Below the pieces are notes generated by a model that was given only the letters and a program-made list of their open reading frames with translations, was not told the DNA's origin and searched no databases. Positions 48,280 to 59,334 of a DNA stretch of 64,000 bases are shown here, in pieces. The position numbers and the translations under genes are program-made. The number at the start of each line of letters is the position of its first letter. Within the stretch, counting starts at the first letter, position 1. This DNA is from Bilabrum cf. latius (lineage: Eukaryota), in the NCBI GenBank assembly GCA_965178125.1, contig OZ237760.1, positions 62,001 through 126,000 on the forward strand, read 5' to 3'.

Positions 48280-49641
48280 TTAGCACCACCCGTGGTTGAT
48301 GCCGTACTGGCATGTCGGGTTCCCCGGCCAGGGCCCGTCCACCTTAAACCACTGGCTGCTACCGCCGGTGGTAACCCCCTCCCCTTTCGCCTCCAGGCCG
48401 TCACGGCCCTCCTCCCTTTCTGCGAGCAAGTGCTTCCGGCTGCTCCTGGCTCCCGGGCCGTCCAGCAGGTACGCCTCGAAGTTGGCCGCATCCGTGGTAC
48501 CCTGCACCTTCACTTCGGCCCAGTCCGCGTCCCTGCAGGACTCCTCGTGCTGGAAACACGCCGTCAGCCAGCCACCGTCGCCCTCCCCCAGCAGCTCGCT
48601 CAGGTTGCCCTTGAGGAACTCGTGGTGCTGCTGGAAGAAGGCCACCTCGGCGGGGGAACAGTCGCCCGGGGTGTTGTTCACCGGCTGGCAGGGAAGGTCC
48701 ATGAAAATGCCACCGAACTGAGCCTTGTCGTACATGCTCTGAATGGCATAGATCCTGCTCTTGACATAGGGCACCACGTACTGCGGCATGATGCACTTCC
48801 ACTGCTCGCTTAGGCTCAGGGCGGCCTCGCACTCGTCATTCGTGGTGCCCCTGGACCCCCACAGGGAGTAGTACCCGAAGCTGAACTCCTCCCGGCCCCG
48901 CGGCACACCGGCCTTGTAGGTGAGCACATCGAGAAACATGCCCGCATCGGGGGCCGCCACGAAGTTGGTCTCCTCGTGCAGCAGTGATGCCACGAAATCC
49001 GCGTTTACGTACGTGCCCAGCCCCCCTGCCGAGGTCCCCGTGAGCACCACGTAGGTTGTGTCCCCGGAAAACAGGCCCCAGCGCTCGTCCATGTCGTCCA
49101 GCACGGCCCGCAGGTTGGCACGGCCCCGGAACCAGAGCTAGGTGCCGTTGTATACCAGCGGGTCGGTCTAGTTCGAGGTCCAGGACGCGCCGTTGCAGTA
49201 CATGACGTAGATATCGGTCCAGTCGTGCGTCCTTGGGTTGATGGCCGGGTCGTTGGACAGAAGCCCTTGGGTGGCGAGCGCCGTACCGTTCGACACGGGC
49301 AACCAGAACGACGAATCGCCTAGCGCCTACTGCGAGCGCCAGTAGCAGTCTTGCGCGGAGAAGCACCACCCTCCGCCCTGTAGATGAATCTTGAACGCCG
49401 TCTTGTTGGTGCCCTCCCTGTAGTAATACCCCGGCGGTGAGCCGGCGAGGCAAGCGGCGCCTTTGGCTTTCGCTACTGACGCATCCAGCAGGCGGAGTGT
49501 CATGTCACCTTCGTAGGCCGATACTGATTGGCACATTACAACGAAAATAGCCAGTGCTATCGGCAAATCAACGTGGTGTCGCTCATGTGAGCGCTTGCGG
49601 CATCCGCTCCAAAAAGATCGAAATGCGCAATAATGGCGCAT
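48280..49641 (-). CDS. Pectin acetylesterase/Notum family secreted hydrolase (~453 aa)
   Basis: GAACLAGSPPGYY, IHLQGGGWC, MYCNGAS, LWFRG, LTGTSAGGLG, PDAG.FLD, QSMYD, AC..H, WP.NPTC. TAGs at 49327, 49168, 49138. Ends TAA. Start approximate. Confidence 0.9.
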
Positions 49642-49709
49642 CACAAACGCTCGCAAAATTGACGGAAAGTGCAGGCCGACCAGCGGCGGTGTACAACCAA
49701 CCTCTTTGT

Positions 49710-49739
49710 ATACGTTATAGCACAGATACGTTATAGCAC
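49710..49739. repeat. 14-bp direct repeat ATACGTTATAGCAC x2 (2-bp spacer) in divergent intergenic region
   Basis: Seen directly at 49710-49723 and 49726-49739. Confidence 0.7.
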
Positions 49740-49969
49740 GGCCTCTTGAGTAGGCTCCTTCACGATCTGCCAGGTTTGTGGCCGGTCGCAACCCCGTTTC
49801 CACGATGTCTCCGGATCAGCCTCCCATTTTTCTCACAGCTGAACAAACCCACAAGCCGCAACATCTATCAATCTATAACACCACCCAGCTACTGTCCTGT
49901 CGGGATTCATATCCCCGCTTGTATTGAGCCCAACGGACTCTTGTTCCGACGCTTCGTGTTGCCGTCGCC

Positions 49970-52204
49970 ATGACATTTCTTCGTGTAGCACACGCGCTCC
50001 AGATGCTGGGGCTCGCGCTTGGTGCTCATATCATGCGCCTTGATGTGAAAAGGACCAAGCTCGGCGCGTCGGACGACGTTTCTGCCGGCTTTGGGGGGGC
50101 GGCTCGGGCGCTCCTCGAAGCAGCGGGCGCACCAACCATGCGCATGACGAACCTTTACAACGTACAGTACATAATGTGGGCTGGGATCGGATCTCCTCCG
50201 CAGGAATTCCAGGTGCAGCTAGACACGGGCTCCAGCGATTTCTGGGTGCCGTCCCAGGCAGTTGCCACCGCCTGGAACCGGGACCGGGAGCCCCCTCAGT
50301 TCTTCCACCGGGGCTTCGACCAGGACGAGTCCAGCACGTTCACTACGAATGGAGGCGCCGCTGTTGTGCGGTACGGGGACGGCTCGAACGAGATCGACCT
50401 GCTCATCGGGAACGACCAGGTGTGGTTCGGCGCCGAGCTGAGCGCAGCCTTCACCGTCGGCATCGCCACCTCAGAGGAGCCGGGGAGAGGAACCCCATGG
50501 CAGATGTACAAATACGACGGCATCATGGGGGTGGCCTTTCCGGGGATCAGCCAGACGTTGGGCGCGGCGGGGGCAGGGGGCAGCCCCACGGCCCCCTTCG
50601 CCGTGGCAAGGAAGAAAGGCCTCCCCGAGGTGCTGACGGTGGTGCTGTCCCGGGTGAGCGACCCGCAGGCCACCACAGACGACGACCAGTGGAATCCCTC
50701 CCCCGGTAACGTGCCCGCGCCCGGCACCCGGACGGGCTCCGTGGCCGTGGTGGGGGGGGGAGACCTGAGGGCGCTCGTGGCGGAGAGGTGGCCCTACTGG
50801 CCCCTGCCTCCAGGGAACAAATCCACGCACCCCTTCCCCGTGCCCAGGGACCCGCGAGTCACGGGAGATGACGATGATACGACTGCCGCCGCCGAGGGCG
50901 AGCGGGAATCGTGGGAGGAAGAACTGACCCAGCTCCCCGCCCCGCTGCCCGAGCGCCTGCTTCACCGCGCCATGGAGTCGGCCAGGGGCAAGGGGGGATC
51001 CAGCGGCGCGGGACTGGCTCCCTCTCGGGAGGGTCTTGCTTCGTTGGGGCTTATCTCCGAGGATGATGCAGCCCCCAGTGCCTCTGACGGGACTCTCAGG
51101 GGCCCATCCAGCGGTGGTACACACAGGCGACTCCCCCCTTCCCTGCCGTACGTGTCCCAGCCAGTCCTGCCCAACCAGACGGACGCGAGCTGGGTGAGGA
51201 TCAAACCCACATCGGAGGTGGGGTATGGCTACTGGCAGGCGGACGTTGCCCACGCGTGGGTGACGTCAGGTGTGACGAGCGAAGAGGGGGCGCAGCCGGA
51301 CACGTCGGCGGACCGTTGCGGGGGCGGCAAGCGGCAGGTGGAGCCCTCGTGCACGGGCATCTTCGATACTGGCACCTCCCTGCTCCTGCTGCCTGGGGCA
51401 CTGCTGACAGACCTGCAGGACGAGGTGCAGGCTGCTGTAAAGAAAGCCGGCTTCGAGCCGTGCCCCACGGTGTACGGCCGGCTCGAGTGCCCGGAGGACG
51501 CGCTTGTGGCCGCGGTGCAGGACCTGCCCGCTTTGTGGATCACGGTGCCGGCGAGGAGAGGACCAGGGGCCAGCGGATACGGGGCGGGCACCGGCCTGGT
51601 GGACATCGGCGTGCACGGGATCGACCTGTTCAACTGCGACATCCAGGGGGTGCCCCCCCGCTGCCAGTTCATGGTGACGGGAGGCAGCAACGTGATCGAC
51701 GACCACACACTGCTGCTGGGCGACACGTTCCTCCGGGCGTACGGGCAGGTGTACGCCTACGGGAACGCGTCCATGGGGCTGATGCCCGCTGTTCCCTGGG
51801 CGAAGACCCGGCCCTCGTGGTATGAGCCCTTGCCAGTGGTGCCTTGGTACAAGCTGTGGTACGTGTGGGTCGCCGTGGTGCTGGGGATCGCAGCCCTGAC
51901 CGGATTCGCGGCGTGCTGCTACCTACAGGCCGTGAAGAAGGGCGGCGATGGGTGGGATGGCGACGGCGGTGGAGGGTATGAGATGGGCATGGGCGAGGAG
52001 GGGGACACGTACGCGGCTCTGCAGGGGGATGACGACGGGGTGACGTTCGGAGGGGGCATCAACAATGGGGGGCCCGTGTACGCAGGTGGCAGCGGAGGCG
52101 GCGGCGGCTTCGGGGGTCCTGTGGATGCCGCGGAGCAAGGGGGTTACCTGATGCCGGGGCAGAACTCTGTCATGGTGGACGGGCAGCAGGTGAGGGTCAC
52201 GTGA
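49970..52204 (+). CDS. Type I membrane pepsin-like (A1) aspartic protease (744 aa)
   Basis: Signal peptide; GIGSPPQEF.VQLDTGSSDFWV; flap YGDGS; DGIMG; IFDTGTS; LLGDTFLRAY. C-terminal TM VWVAVVLGIAALTGFAACCYL. Ends TGA. Confidence 0.92.
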   Translation: MTFLRVAHALQMLGLALGAHIMRLDVKRTKLGASDDVSAGFGGAARALLEAAGAPTMRMTNLYNVQYIMWAGIGSPPQEFQVQLDTGSSDFWVPSQAVATAWNRDREPPQFFHRGFDQDESSTFTTNGGAAVVRYGDGSNEIDLLIGNDQVWFGAELSAAFTVGIATSEEPGRGTPWQMYKYDGIMGVAFPGISQTLGAAGAGGSPTAPFAVARKKGLPEVLTVVLSRVSDPQATTDDDQWNPSPGNVPAPGTRTGSVAVVGGGDLRALVAERWPYWPLPPGNKSTHPFPVPRDPRVTGDDDDTTAAAEGERESWEEELTQLPAPLPERLLHRAMESARGKGGSSGAGLAPSREGLASLGLISEDDAAPSASDGTLRGPSSGGTHRRLPPSLPYVSQPVLPNQTDASWVRIKPTSEVGYGYWQADVAHAWVTSGVTSEEGAQPDTSADRCGGGKRQVEPSCTGIFDTGTSLLLLPGALLTDLQDEVQAAVKKAGFEPCPTVYGRLECPEDALVAAVQDLPALWITVPARRGPGASGYGAGTGLVDIGVHGIDLFNCDIQGVPPRCQFMVTGGSNVIDDHTLLLGDTFLRAYGQVYAYGNASMGLMPAVPWAKTRPSWYEPLPVVPWYKLWYVWVAVVLGIAALTGFAACCYLQAVKKGGDGWDGDGGGGYEMGMGEEGDTYAALQGDDDGVTFGGGINNGGPVYAGGSGGGGGFGGPVDAAEQGGYLMPGQNSVMVDGQQVRVT

Positions 52205-52377
52205 CGTGCTTGTGGTGGGGCGGGGGTTGCGGTTCCGGACCTAGATCAGATCTGCAGCGCAGGTCTGGGTTTCTGGACCCGGTTTTGTTTCGGGATAGTG
52301 TGTGCCGGCGGCTCTTCGCATACGGTTGGCTGTTTCTGTATCTGTATCGCGACGTGCTTTCAAGACGCCTTTCCATT

Positions 52378-53805
52378 TCATGCTTCGAACGTAAAGTTCA
52401 CTCCGACCACGTACCGCCCATCTCGAAAAAAGTTGGGGGTGTTCTGCACGTACAGGAGCGTGGCATCCGCCCCGATGGACTAGTAGTTGTTGTCTCCCCG
52501 CTCGGGCGCGCCCGCATCCACGAGCATGGGGTAGAACGCGTTCTGGATGTGAGGCAGACCCGATTCGGTGTACGGGTCGTACAGCAGCTGCGGGGGGCTC
52601 CAATGCAGCAGGTCGCGCGAGGATGAAACCATTAAGTTGGTCCTGGGCAGGCCCACCGACTCGGAGCCAAAACGGCCCGGTGAAAATCGCCCGCCAGAAG
52701 GCCGTGGCGAGCTGCCCCGATCCACCGCAGCAGGGCCGTTTTCTCCTAGCCCTTGCCTTGGTCCCGCCGACACCAAGCCGCACTGCATGGTCGCAAGGAA
52801 CTACCCCAGCGACCCGCTGTACGTGAGTCCGAGCACGTTGCAGTCGGCGGGCAGCGTGTCCAGCACGGTGCACGCGTGCCCAGCCCTGTCCCCGGGAGGC
52901 ATGCCGTACGGGCTCGCGAACGGAACGCTGAAGGAGGAGGAGGTGCCGTTCCACCCGCGCCAGGAGTCGGGTTCCAAGAGCCACCGCGTCCGCATGAGGC
53001 ACGTCCCGTGGGACTGGGGCCCCGCCCGGTTCCTGTTGTACGCCATGAGATAGAAATGCCCGTCCGTCGGGTGCTTGACGATCCCAGAGGTGTCGCCCCA
53101 GCCAAATGCCATCTGCTGCCCGGTGGGGTCGTACGGAAAGGGCACTGCCGCCACGAGATGCCCGGGTGGCGGCCTGGCGTGCTCCCACGAGTAGCCCCAG
53201 TCGTGGGACACAAAGAGGCCGAGCGTCACCGTCCAGCAATTCGGGTACGTGTGTCCCGGGGCGCAGTTGTTGTAGTTCATGCCAGGGTACTCCGTGTGCG
53301 CGATCGCAACAACTGTTCCATTTCCGAACGAGTACGTTGCGTCGCCCACAAATTCGTTCGCTGCGAACTGGCTCGGGTCTGGATCCGCCGTTGCGTTGTG
53401 AGCTATCGTGCAGTTCCTCTCGACATCCTAAAGCAACGATCCATGCGACCCGTACGCTATCCATAGGCTTGGATCTGTTGTGAAGATGTGAACTCGATTG
53501 CTAGTGTCTAAATAAGCTCTTACGGGCGTCTGCGAGGGAGTTGCAGTTGAGAGGATCCAATGATTGTTCTCGACACTGCCAATGGTGGCACAAAGGTCAG
53601 GTTCCCGGAGGTACGGAGAGCAAGGAAGGCACGACACAATATTTCTCACATCAGGAACGTCAAGTCCAAGGCCCTGTTTTTGCCCACACATGGAAGTGGT
53701 CGAATTCCACACTACGAACGCCGAGCTCGTATTCTTGAAGTGCAGCCCGTGACACCAAGAGGCAATGCCACTAGCAAAGGCAAGCTGAATGATTGATTGT
53801 CGCAT
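52378..53805 (-). CDS. Secreted hypothetical beta-propeller / glycoside-hydrolase-like protein (~435 aa); probable intron 53530..53649
   Basis: Signal peptide; DVPD|TPVRA; AIAHTEYPG; Asp-box-like SHDWGYSW and S.DLLHWS; CLMRT..L.P.SWRGWNG; YPMLVD. TAGs at 53428, 52801, 52480 join three same-frame ORFs. Ends TGA. Confidence 0.65.
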
Positions 53806-53928
53806 TCAGACTCGCTTTGGAGGGCGCAATTCACCGGGGATATGCTCCTTCCATCTGGATACTTGTTGCGCACTCGGAGCCACATCATCGCTGCCATCGC
53901 GGTATCCCCATGCTGCTCCATCCCCCCC

Positions 53929-55407
53929 TCAGCTCCTGAAGGCCCTCGCAGCCTGCCCTTTCAGCAGCCCCGCGTGCACCGCCAGCACCACCCTCTCCGC
54001 CCCGGTGTGTGCCCTCACATCCCTCTCCACACCCTTGGCAAGCGCCCGAAGAGGACCCTTCCCGCGCCCCTTGAGCAGCCGCAGCTCGGAGGCGCTGGGC
54101 ACCAGCACGTCCAGCTCCACCCGCAGCACCTGGCCCCCCTGCTGGCCCTCGCTGGCGCGCACCCCCCTCAGCCGCTGCACGCACCTGCGCCCCACGTCCC
54201 CGTGCATGATCTTTAGCAGCTTCTCCCTCGCCGATTCGGCGATCACCTCCTCAAGGGTCATGGAGGAACCCCCACCGCGGGGGGGGTAAGCCCAGGGGAG
54301 GCGCCTCGAGCACGCCGCGATCCGATCCCAGAGCCCCCGCATGCCCCACCCGTGCCTCGCCGATACCCCCACCACGGACCTGGCCAGCCACTCGTCCTGC
54401 GCCACCACGGACCCCTCTGCCTCCTCAGAGGCTATGGCCGCCCGCCTGGCGCGGATCTCCTCCGCGGCCCGCAGCACGTGTTCTGGGAGCAGTGGGGTCG
54501 CGGACGGAGGCGCCAGCGGGGAGCCTCCGTCGGCAGCCGACTCCGACTCCGACTCCGACTCGAAGCTGTCCACCAGGACGTAGCCCGCGTCGACCGGACC
54601 CGCCTCCTCCCCTGCTTCATCGTGCAATGCACCAAGAGCGGGCGCGCCCTCCCCATCCGCCGCGGGGAGCCCCGCCAACACCGCCGCCGCCTCCCACCCC
54701 TCTGCAAAGTAAGCCAGCGCCTGCCTCTCCCTCGCCGCCCTCGCCGCCCCTTTACCCAGCGCGTCCACTTTGTTCACAGCCAGCAGCACCCTAGGCGTGG
54801 CGTGCTCCAGACCGTCGTCCCGCCGCACACGCCCCAGCGCGCTCTCTCGCAGCAGCCCCCGCGCCGCCCGCAGCAGCGGGACCATCCGCTCCCACTCCTC
54901 CGGCTGCACTCGGCGGGTCGCGTCCATCACCACGACAGCCACATCGGCCCCCGCAGCGGCCTCGAGGACGGCGTGCCGCGCGCCCGGCTGGTCTTCCCTG
55001 ATGCGGGGCGGGCGCTCAGGAAACCAGCCGGGACCGTCCTGCAGGACGGCCTGCGTGTCATCAACCGTTTGAATGGCCTCTGCGGCCAGCTCTGTGGTGG
55101 TGTTGCGGCGCTGGGACTCTGCAGAGACCCGCAAGCCGACCAGGGTATTCACCAACGACGACTTTCCGGCGTTTGTCGGGCCTATGAGCGCGACTCTAAC
55201 CGTGCGCTGGAACTTATAATCGAGATCGATCTATGGAGCCTTCAAACCAAGGTTAATTCCAGGGAACGATGCGGCATGCGCCGCATTCTGTGAGCAAGAG
55301 CGTGCGGTCTAGTCGAGCAGCAGGTGTCTGAACCGTAAATACCCTTGATTTTGCTAGAATAAAGATATGGCCGCCCCCAATCGGAACCGAGAAATTATTG
55401 TGCGCAT
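53929..55407 (-). CDS. ERAL1: Mitochondrial Era-like GTPase (492 aa)
   Basis: VALIGPTNAGKSSLVN (G1), NTT (G2), DGPG (G3 variant), NKVD (G4), VSA (G5), E..REKLL and a KH-like tail. Presequence MRTIISRFRL. TAGs at 55354, 55309, 55231. Ends TGA. Confidence 0.8.
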
Positions 55408-55578
55408 TAATCTTCTCTGTATCGCATACCGTGATGGTGCAATGCGGCAGATTGTCCTTCCTACGGTGTATCGAACGTTCGGTAGCGGAACCAACTTGCA
55501 GTAGAACTGCGCGGCGCCAGAATTTTTTGGATCGAGCAGAATCGGCCACAGTATCGCGCTCAGTGCATTCTAATCGAC

Positions 55579-57514
55579 ATGCACCGAATTGCAATGAGGC
55601 GCTTAGCTTCCCGATAGCTTTCGATGGCGTGCCGCGCCTGTGGGGGGAGAATATTGGGTAGCAATTCGACACCAAAGGCGGCCTTGAATCGATACCAATC
55701 CTCCGGCTTGGCTGAACAGCCAGTCCGAGGATCAGTGCCCCAACTCGTAGCATAGCTGATGTTTGCAGCCTCAGACGACAAAGATGTGGATTCAAGCGGT
55801 GGAGACGATGCAAGCGAAGTCGGTGACGGGGGCAGCCAGGATGGCGCAGACGCATCTCCAAGTGCGAGCAGCGCAGACTCTGCTACCGCATCTGCCTCTG
55901 CTGCAGAAGAAGACTCAGATATTCCTGATTTAAAGCCAAGGGAAGTGAGTTCAATGACCGCGGAACTAGTCCGGCGGTTCGAAGTCGAGAGGTGGCCACG
56001 CACGTGGCACACTGCTCGAGGCTCGAAATACCGCGGGGACGACGGCCGCCAAGCGACTCCTGCGCTAGGAGACATCCGTATATAATGCATCGCTTCCTTG
56101 CGGCATTTGCCATCATGGACCACCTCTTCAGTCCCACATCGCCACGCCACCCATGTGTCCCCACACCACGCCCGTCTCATGCTCCTTGTCCCCGCAGATC
56201 GTTTCTCGGCTGGACCAGTACATCATCGGGCAGCACGACGCCAAGCGCGCCATCGCTGTAGCGCTGCGGAACCGCTGGCGCCGCATGCGCGTCACGGAGG
56301 AGCTCCGCCCCGAGATCATGCCCAAGAACATCCTCATGGTGGGCCCCACGGGAGTGGGCAAGACGGAGATCGCCCGCCGGCTGGCCAAGCTGGCGAGGGC
56401 TCCCTTCGTGAAGGTGGAGGCCACCAAGTTCACCGAGGTGGGCTTCCACGGCCGCGACGTGGACACGATCATCCGGGACCTGGTGGAGGCCTCCATGACG
56501 CTGATCAAGGAGCTGAGGACGGAGCAGATCAGGAGGAGGGTCGCGCCCAAGGTGGAGGACATGATCCTGGAGAAACTGGTGGGCCCGGGGGCTCCAGAGC
56601 AGGAAGAGTTCCGGTCTTTGCTGAGGATGGGGGGCTTGGAGGAGCGCTCGATCGAGGTGGACGTGCCGCTGGACGGGGGCGCGGGCGGGGGCGGAGGCCC
56701 GGGGGGGGAGGACATCGAGCTGTCGTTCGGCGCGGGGCAGACAGCCTCGGTGAACCCCGCCGACTTGTTCCGGTCTTTGGGAGGGGGCCGCCGACGGGCC
56801 CCCACGGAGTCGAAGCGCATGCCCATCCGGGAGGCCAGGCCGGTGCTGGAGAACGCGGAGATCGAGGAGCAGATGGCCCGGCTGGACCTAAAGAAGGAAG
56901 CCGTGCACCTTGCCGAGCAGCACGGGATCGTATTCATCGACGAGATCGACAAGATCGTCTCGGACAAGAGCAGGTACAAGGGCGGGGACGCGTCCGCGGA
57001 GGGGGTGCAGCGTGACCTGCTGCCACTGATCGAGGGGAGCAACGTGGAGGTGCGGCGCTTCGGGACTGTCAAGACGGACCACATGCTCTTCGTGTGCTCG
57101 GGTGCCTTCCACGAGGCCAAGCCCTCGGACATGCTGGCAGAGCTGCAGGGCCGGCTCCCCATCCGAGTGGAGCTCAAGGGGCTCACAAGAGAGGACATGC
57201 TGAGGATCCTCACGGAGCCAAAGGCCAACCTGATCCGGCAGCAGAAGGCGCTCATCGAGGCGGAGGGGGTGGAGCTGGTGTTCGAGGATGACGCGGTCAA
57301 GCTCATGGCAGAGCGGGCGGCGGACATCAACAAGACCGTGGAGAACATCGGGGCCCGGAGGCTGCACACGGTGGTGGAGCGGGTGATGGAGGACATCTCC
57401 TTCGATGCCTCCGAGGCCGAGCAGGGCAGCTCAATGAAGGTGGACACCAAGCTGGTCGAGGACAAGCTGGCTCCTGTGCTCAAGACCAAGGACCTGAAGA
57501 AATTCATCCTCTGA
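55579..57514 (+). CDS. hslU: Mitochondrial HslU/ClpY ATPase (560 aa); exons 55579..55944 and 56198..57514
   Basis: LKPRE|IVSRLDQYIIGQ, PKNILMVGPTGVGKTEIARRLA, VEATKFTEVG, FIDEIDK, GVQRDLLP, LQGRLPIRVEL, ENIGARRLHT, C-terminal KFIL TGA. Intron GTGAGT..cgcag. TAGs at 55615 and 55753 in the presequence. Confidence 0.95.
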
Positions 57515-57721
57515 GCCCGAGCTCACAGTCCATGGGACCGGGGATGAAGGTGGGATGGGGGGTGACCGGAGCGCAGTCGGGGATGCGCACGATACCTCGT
57601 TTGTCTCCGGAACAATTCGTCTGATAGCAGCGCGATGCATTTACAATAGTCTACTAGATGCGAAGCCATGGGCAAGACGCCTAGAATCACACCCAAATCC
57701 AAGTACCCATCGACTGCGATA

Positions 57722-58909
57722 TTACCCGGAAAAAGTTTTATCGCCAATCCCCGTGCCCGTCCCATCGCCAATCCCCGTGCCCGTCCCATCGCCAATCCCC
57801 GTGCCCGTCCCATCGCCAATCCCCGTGCCCGTCCCATCGCCAATCCCCGCGCCCGTCCCATCGCCAATCCCCGTGCCCGTCCCATCGCCAATCCCCGTGC
57901 CCGTCCCATCGCCAATCCCCGTGCCCTTGCCCGTGCCCACTGCAGAGCAGGGAGCTGCCCCCCTCCCGGCACCCCCGCCACCTTCGCCCCTTCGTGTGCC
58001 TGCCAGTGCCAGCGATGGCTTCAACCCGCCTCCAGTCAGAGGGCAGTGCTCACCAGCCGCCGGGACGTATGGCAGCGCGATTGCTTCGGCTGCACCACTT
58101 AAATCCTTGGGCCGCCCCATTTCATCGCCGCACGCCGCGCCACCCCTGTCCACTGCCCCTGCCTCTCTGCCAAGCAACCCCCCTGCCTCCTTTCCTGCAG
58201 CCCACCTGACCACGGCAGGCACGGCCCTCCCCAGCAAAACACACTCCACCGTGACACCCTCCAGCAGCGAGGACAGCCTGCTCCTTTCAATCGTATCGCC
58301 GGGCCGGCACGAAAACGGCGTTTCGGTCGACACTTTCAGCAGGAGAAGGGATTTACGAGCGTGGTGTGCGGCTCGCAGGCGAGCCTGCAGCGATCGCGTT
58401 CGGATGCTCGCTCTGCACCGGTCGTTTGTTCCTCCGTCTGGCCACACGAGCACGCCGAGATCTGCGTGCTGCCGCGGTTTTGGGCGAGCAGCGGCGGCAG
58501 CTGGCGATCCGTCCTCCGAAGATTCTTGTCGTCTGTACGCCACCATATCGCATCCAATTCGGCTGCCACATCCAACGAGCCAGCCTCTGGCGGTGAGGAA
58601 AGCAGCTGCTGCGAACACCAGCAGGCCCTCTGGGTCGACGGGGGGCTCGAGGGCGATATCTACCAGCGTGGGGGCTTGCCGCAATGACCACCCGTTAAAA
58701 ACTAGAAGATATACCATCCATGCCTAAATTGGGACCACACACGATTCAGTTGCCCATTCGTTCGGGTTGAGCGGGGTTGTCGATACAAGTCCCGCTACTT
58801 CGGTATGCATGCCTGTTTTACGGTGGTGCCGGAGCCAAAACTGGAAACATCTCTGTCGCCCACGGATAATGACTGAGTAGGAAACGCTCAGTTCGCCACG
58901 ATGTGCCAT
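57722..58909 (-). CDS. SEN2: tRNA-splicing endonuclease catalytic subunit, Sen2-like (395 aa)
   Basis: [22 protein letters not shown]....[20 protein letters not shown] matches the Sen2/Sen34 nuclease domain with a Tyr-His-Lys triad. TAG at 58724 joins the upstream ORF. Ends TAA. Confidence 0.7.
57740..57937. repeat. 24-bp minisatellite, ~8 copies (unit TCGCCAATCCCCGTGCCCGTCCCA), encoding (GTGTGIGD)n in the SEN2 tail
   Basis: Near-perfect tandem copies seen directly; one internal copy has a T>C variant. Confidence 0.95.
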
Positions 58910-59334
58910 TCATGGGAGTCGCAAGCTGCGCCAATTACCAAGTGCAACTTGTCGATAGTGGTGTGACGATGGCCGAAACCGCTGGCGGTGCATGCATCGT
59001 GGCTGGATCGCCGTCGCTGCGGTGTATTCCATGTGACTAAAACTGTAGGAGTTAGTCGAATGCATGAGCGCCTAGCATAATGGTAATCGAACTCTGGTGT
59101 TGCGCATAGGGCTGCGGTGTGGGGCAGAGAAACGTCTCGCCCGGTGCGGTGCGCAGCGCCGCAGGCCTACCCAAATTGTTGCGTGCACATTGAAACCAAC
59201 GTGGCTTTTGCAGCCTCGTGCCAGCCAGGCCCCATCAGAGCAGTTTCGCAGTAGATCGCGCGCGTCTACGGCTGTACTATACCACAGTATAGTTCATTTT
59301 TGTATCTTATTGCACATACCAGGTAGATTGTGCG

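Noticed and set aside
57740-57937. CRISPR array
   Set aside because: Contiguous 24-bp units with no unique spacers and no cas genes; it is a coding minisatellite.
59060-59110. Possible tRNA (A-box-like TAGCATAATGGTAAT); GGTTCCATG at ~15130 also resembles a tRNA-Gln 5' end
   Set aside because: No T-loop/B-box (GTTCRA) or cloverleaf at the right spacing. No suppressor tRNA is visible in this window.
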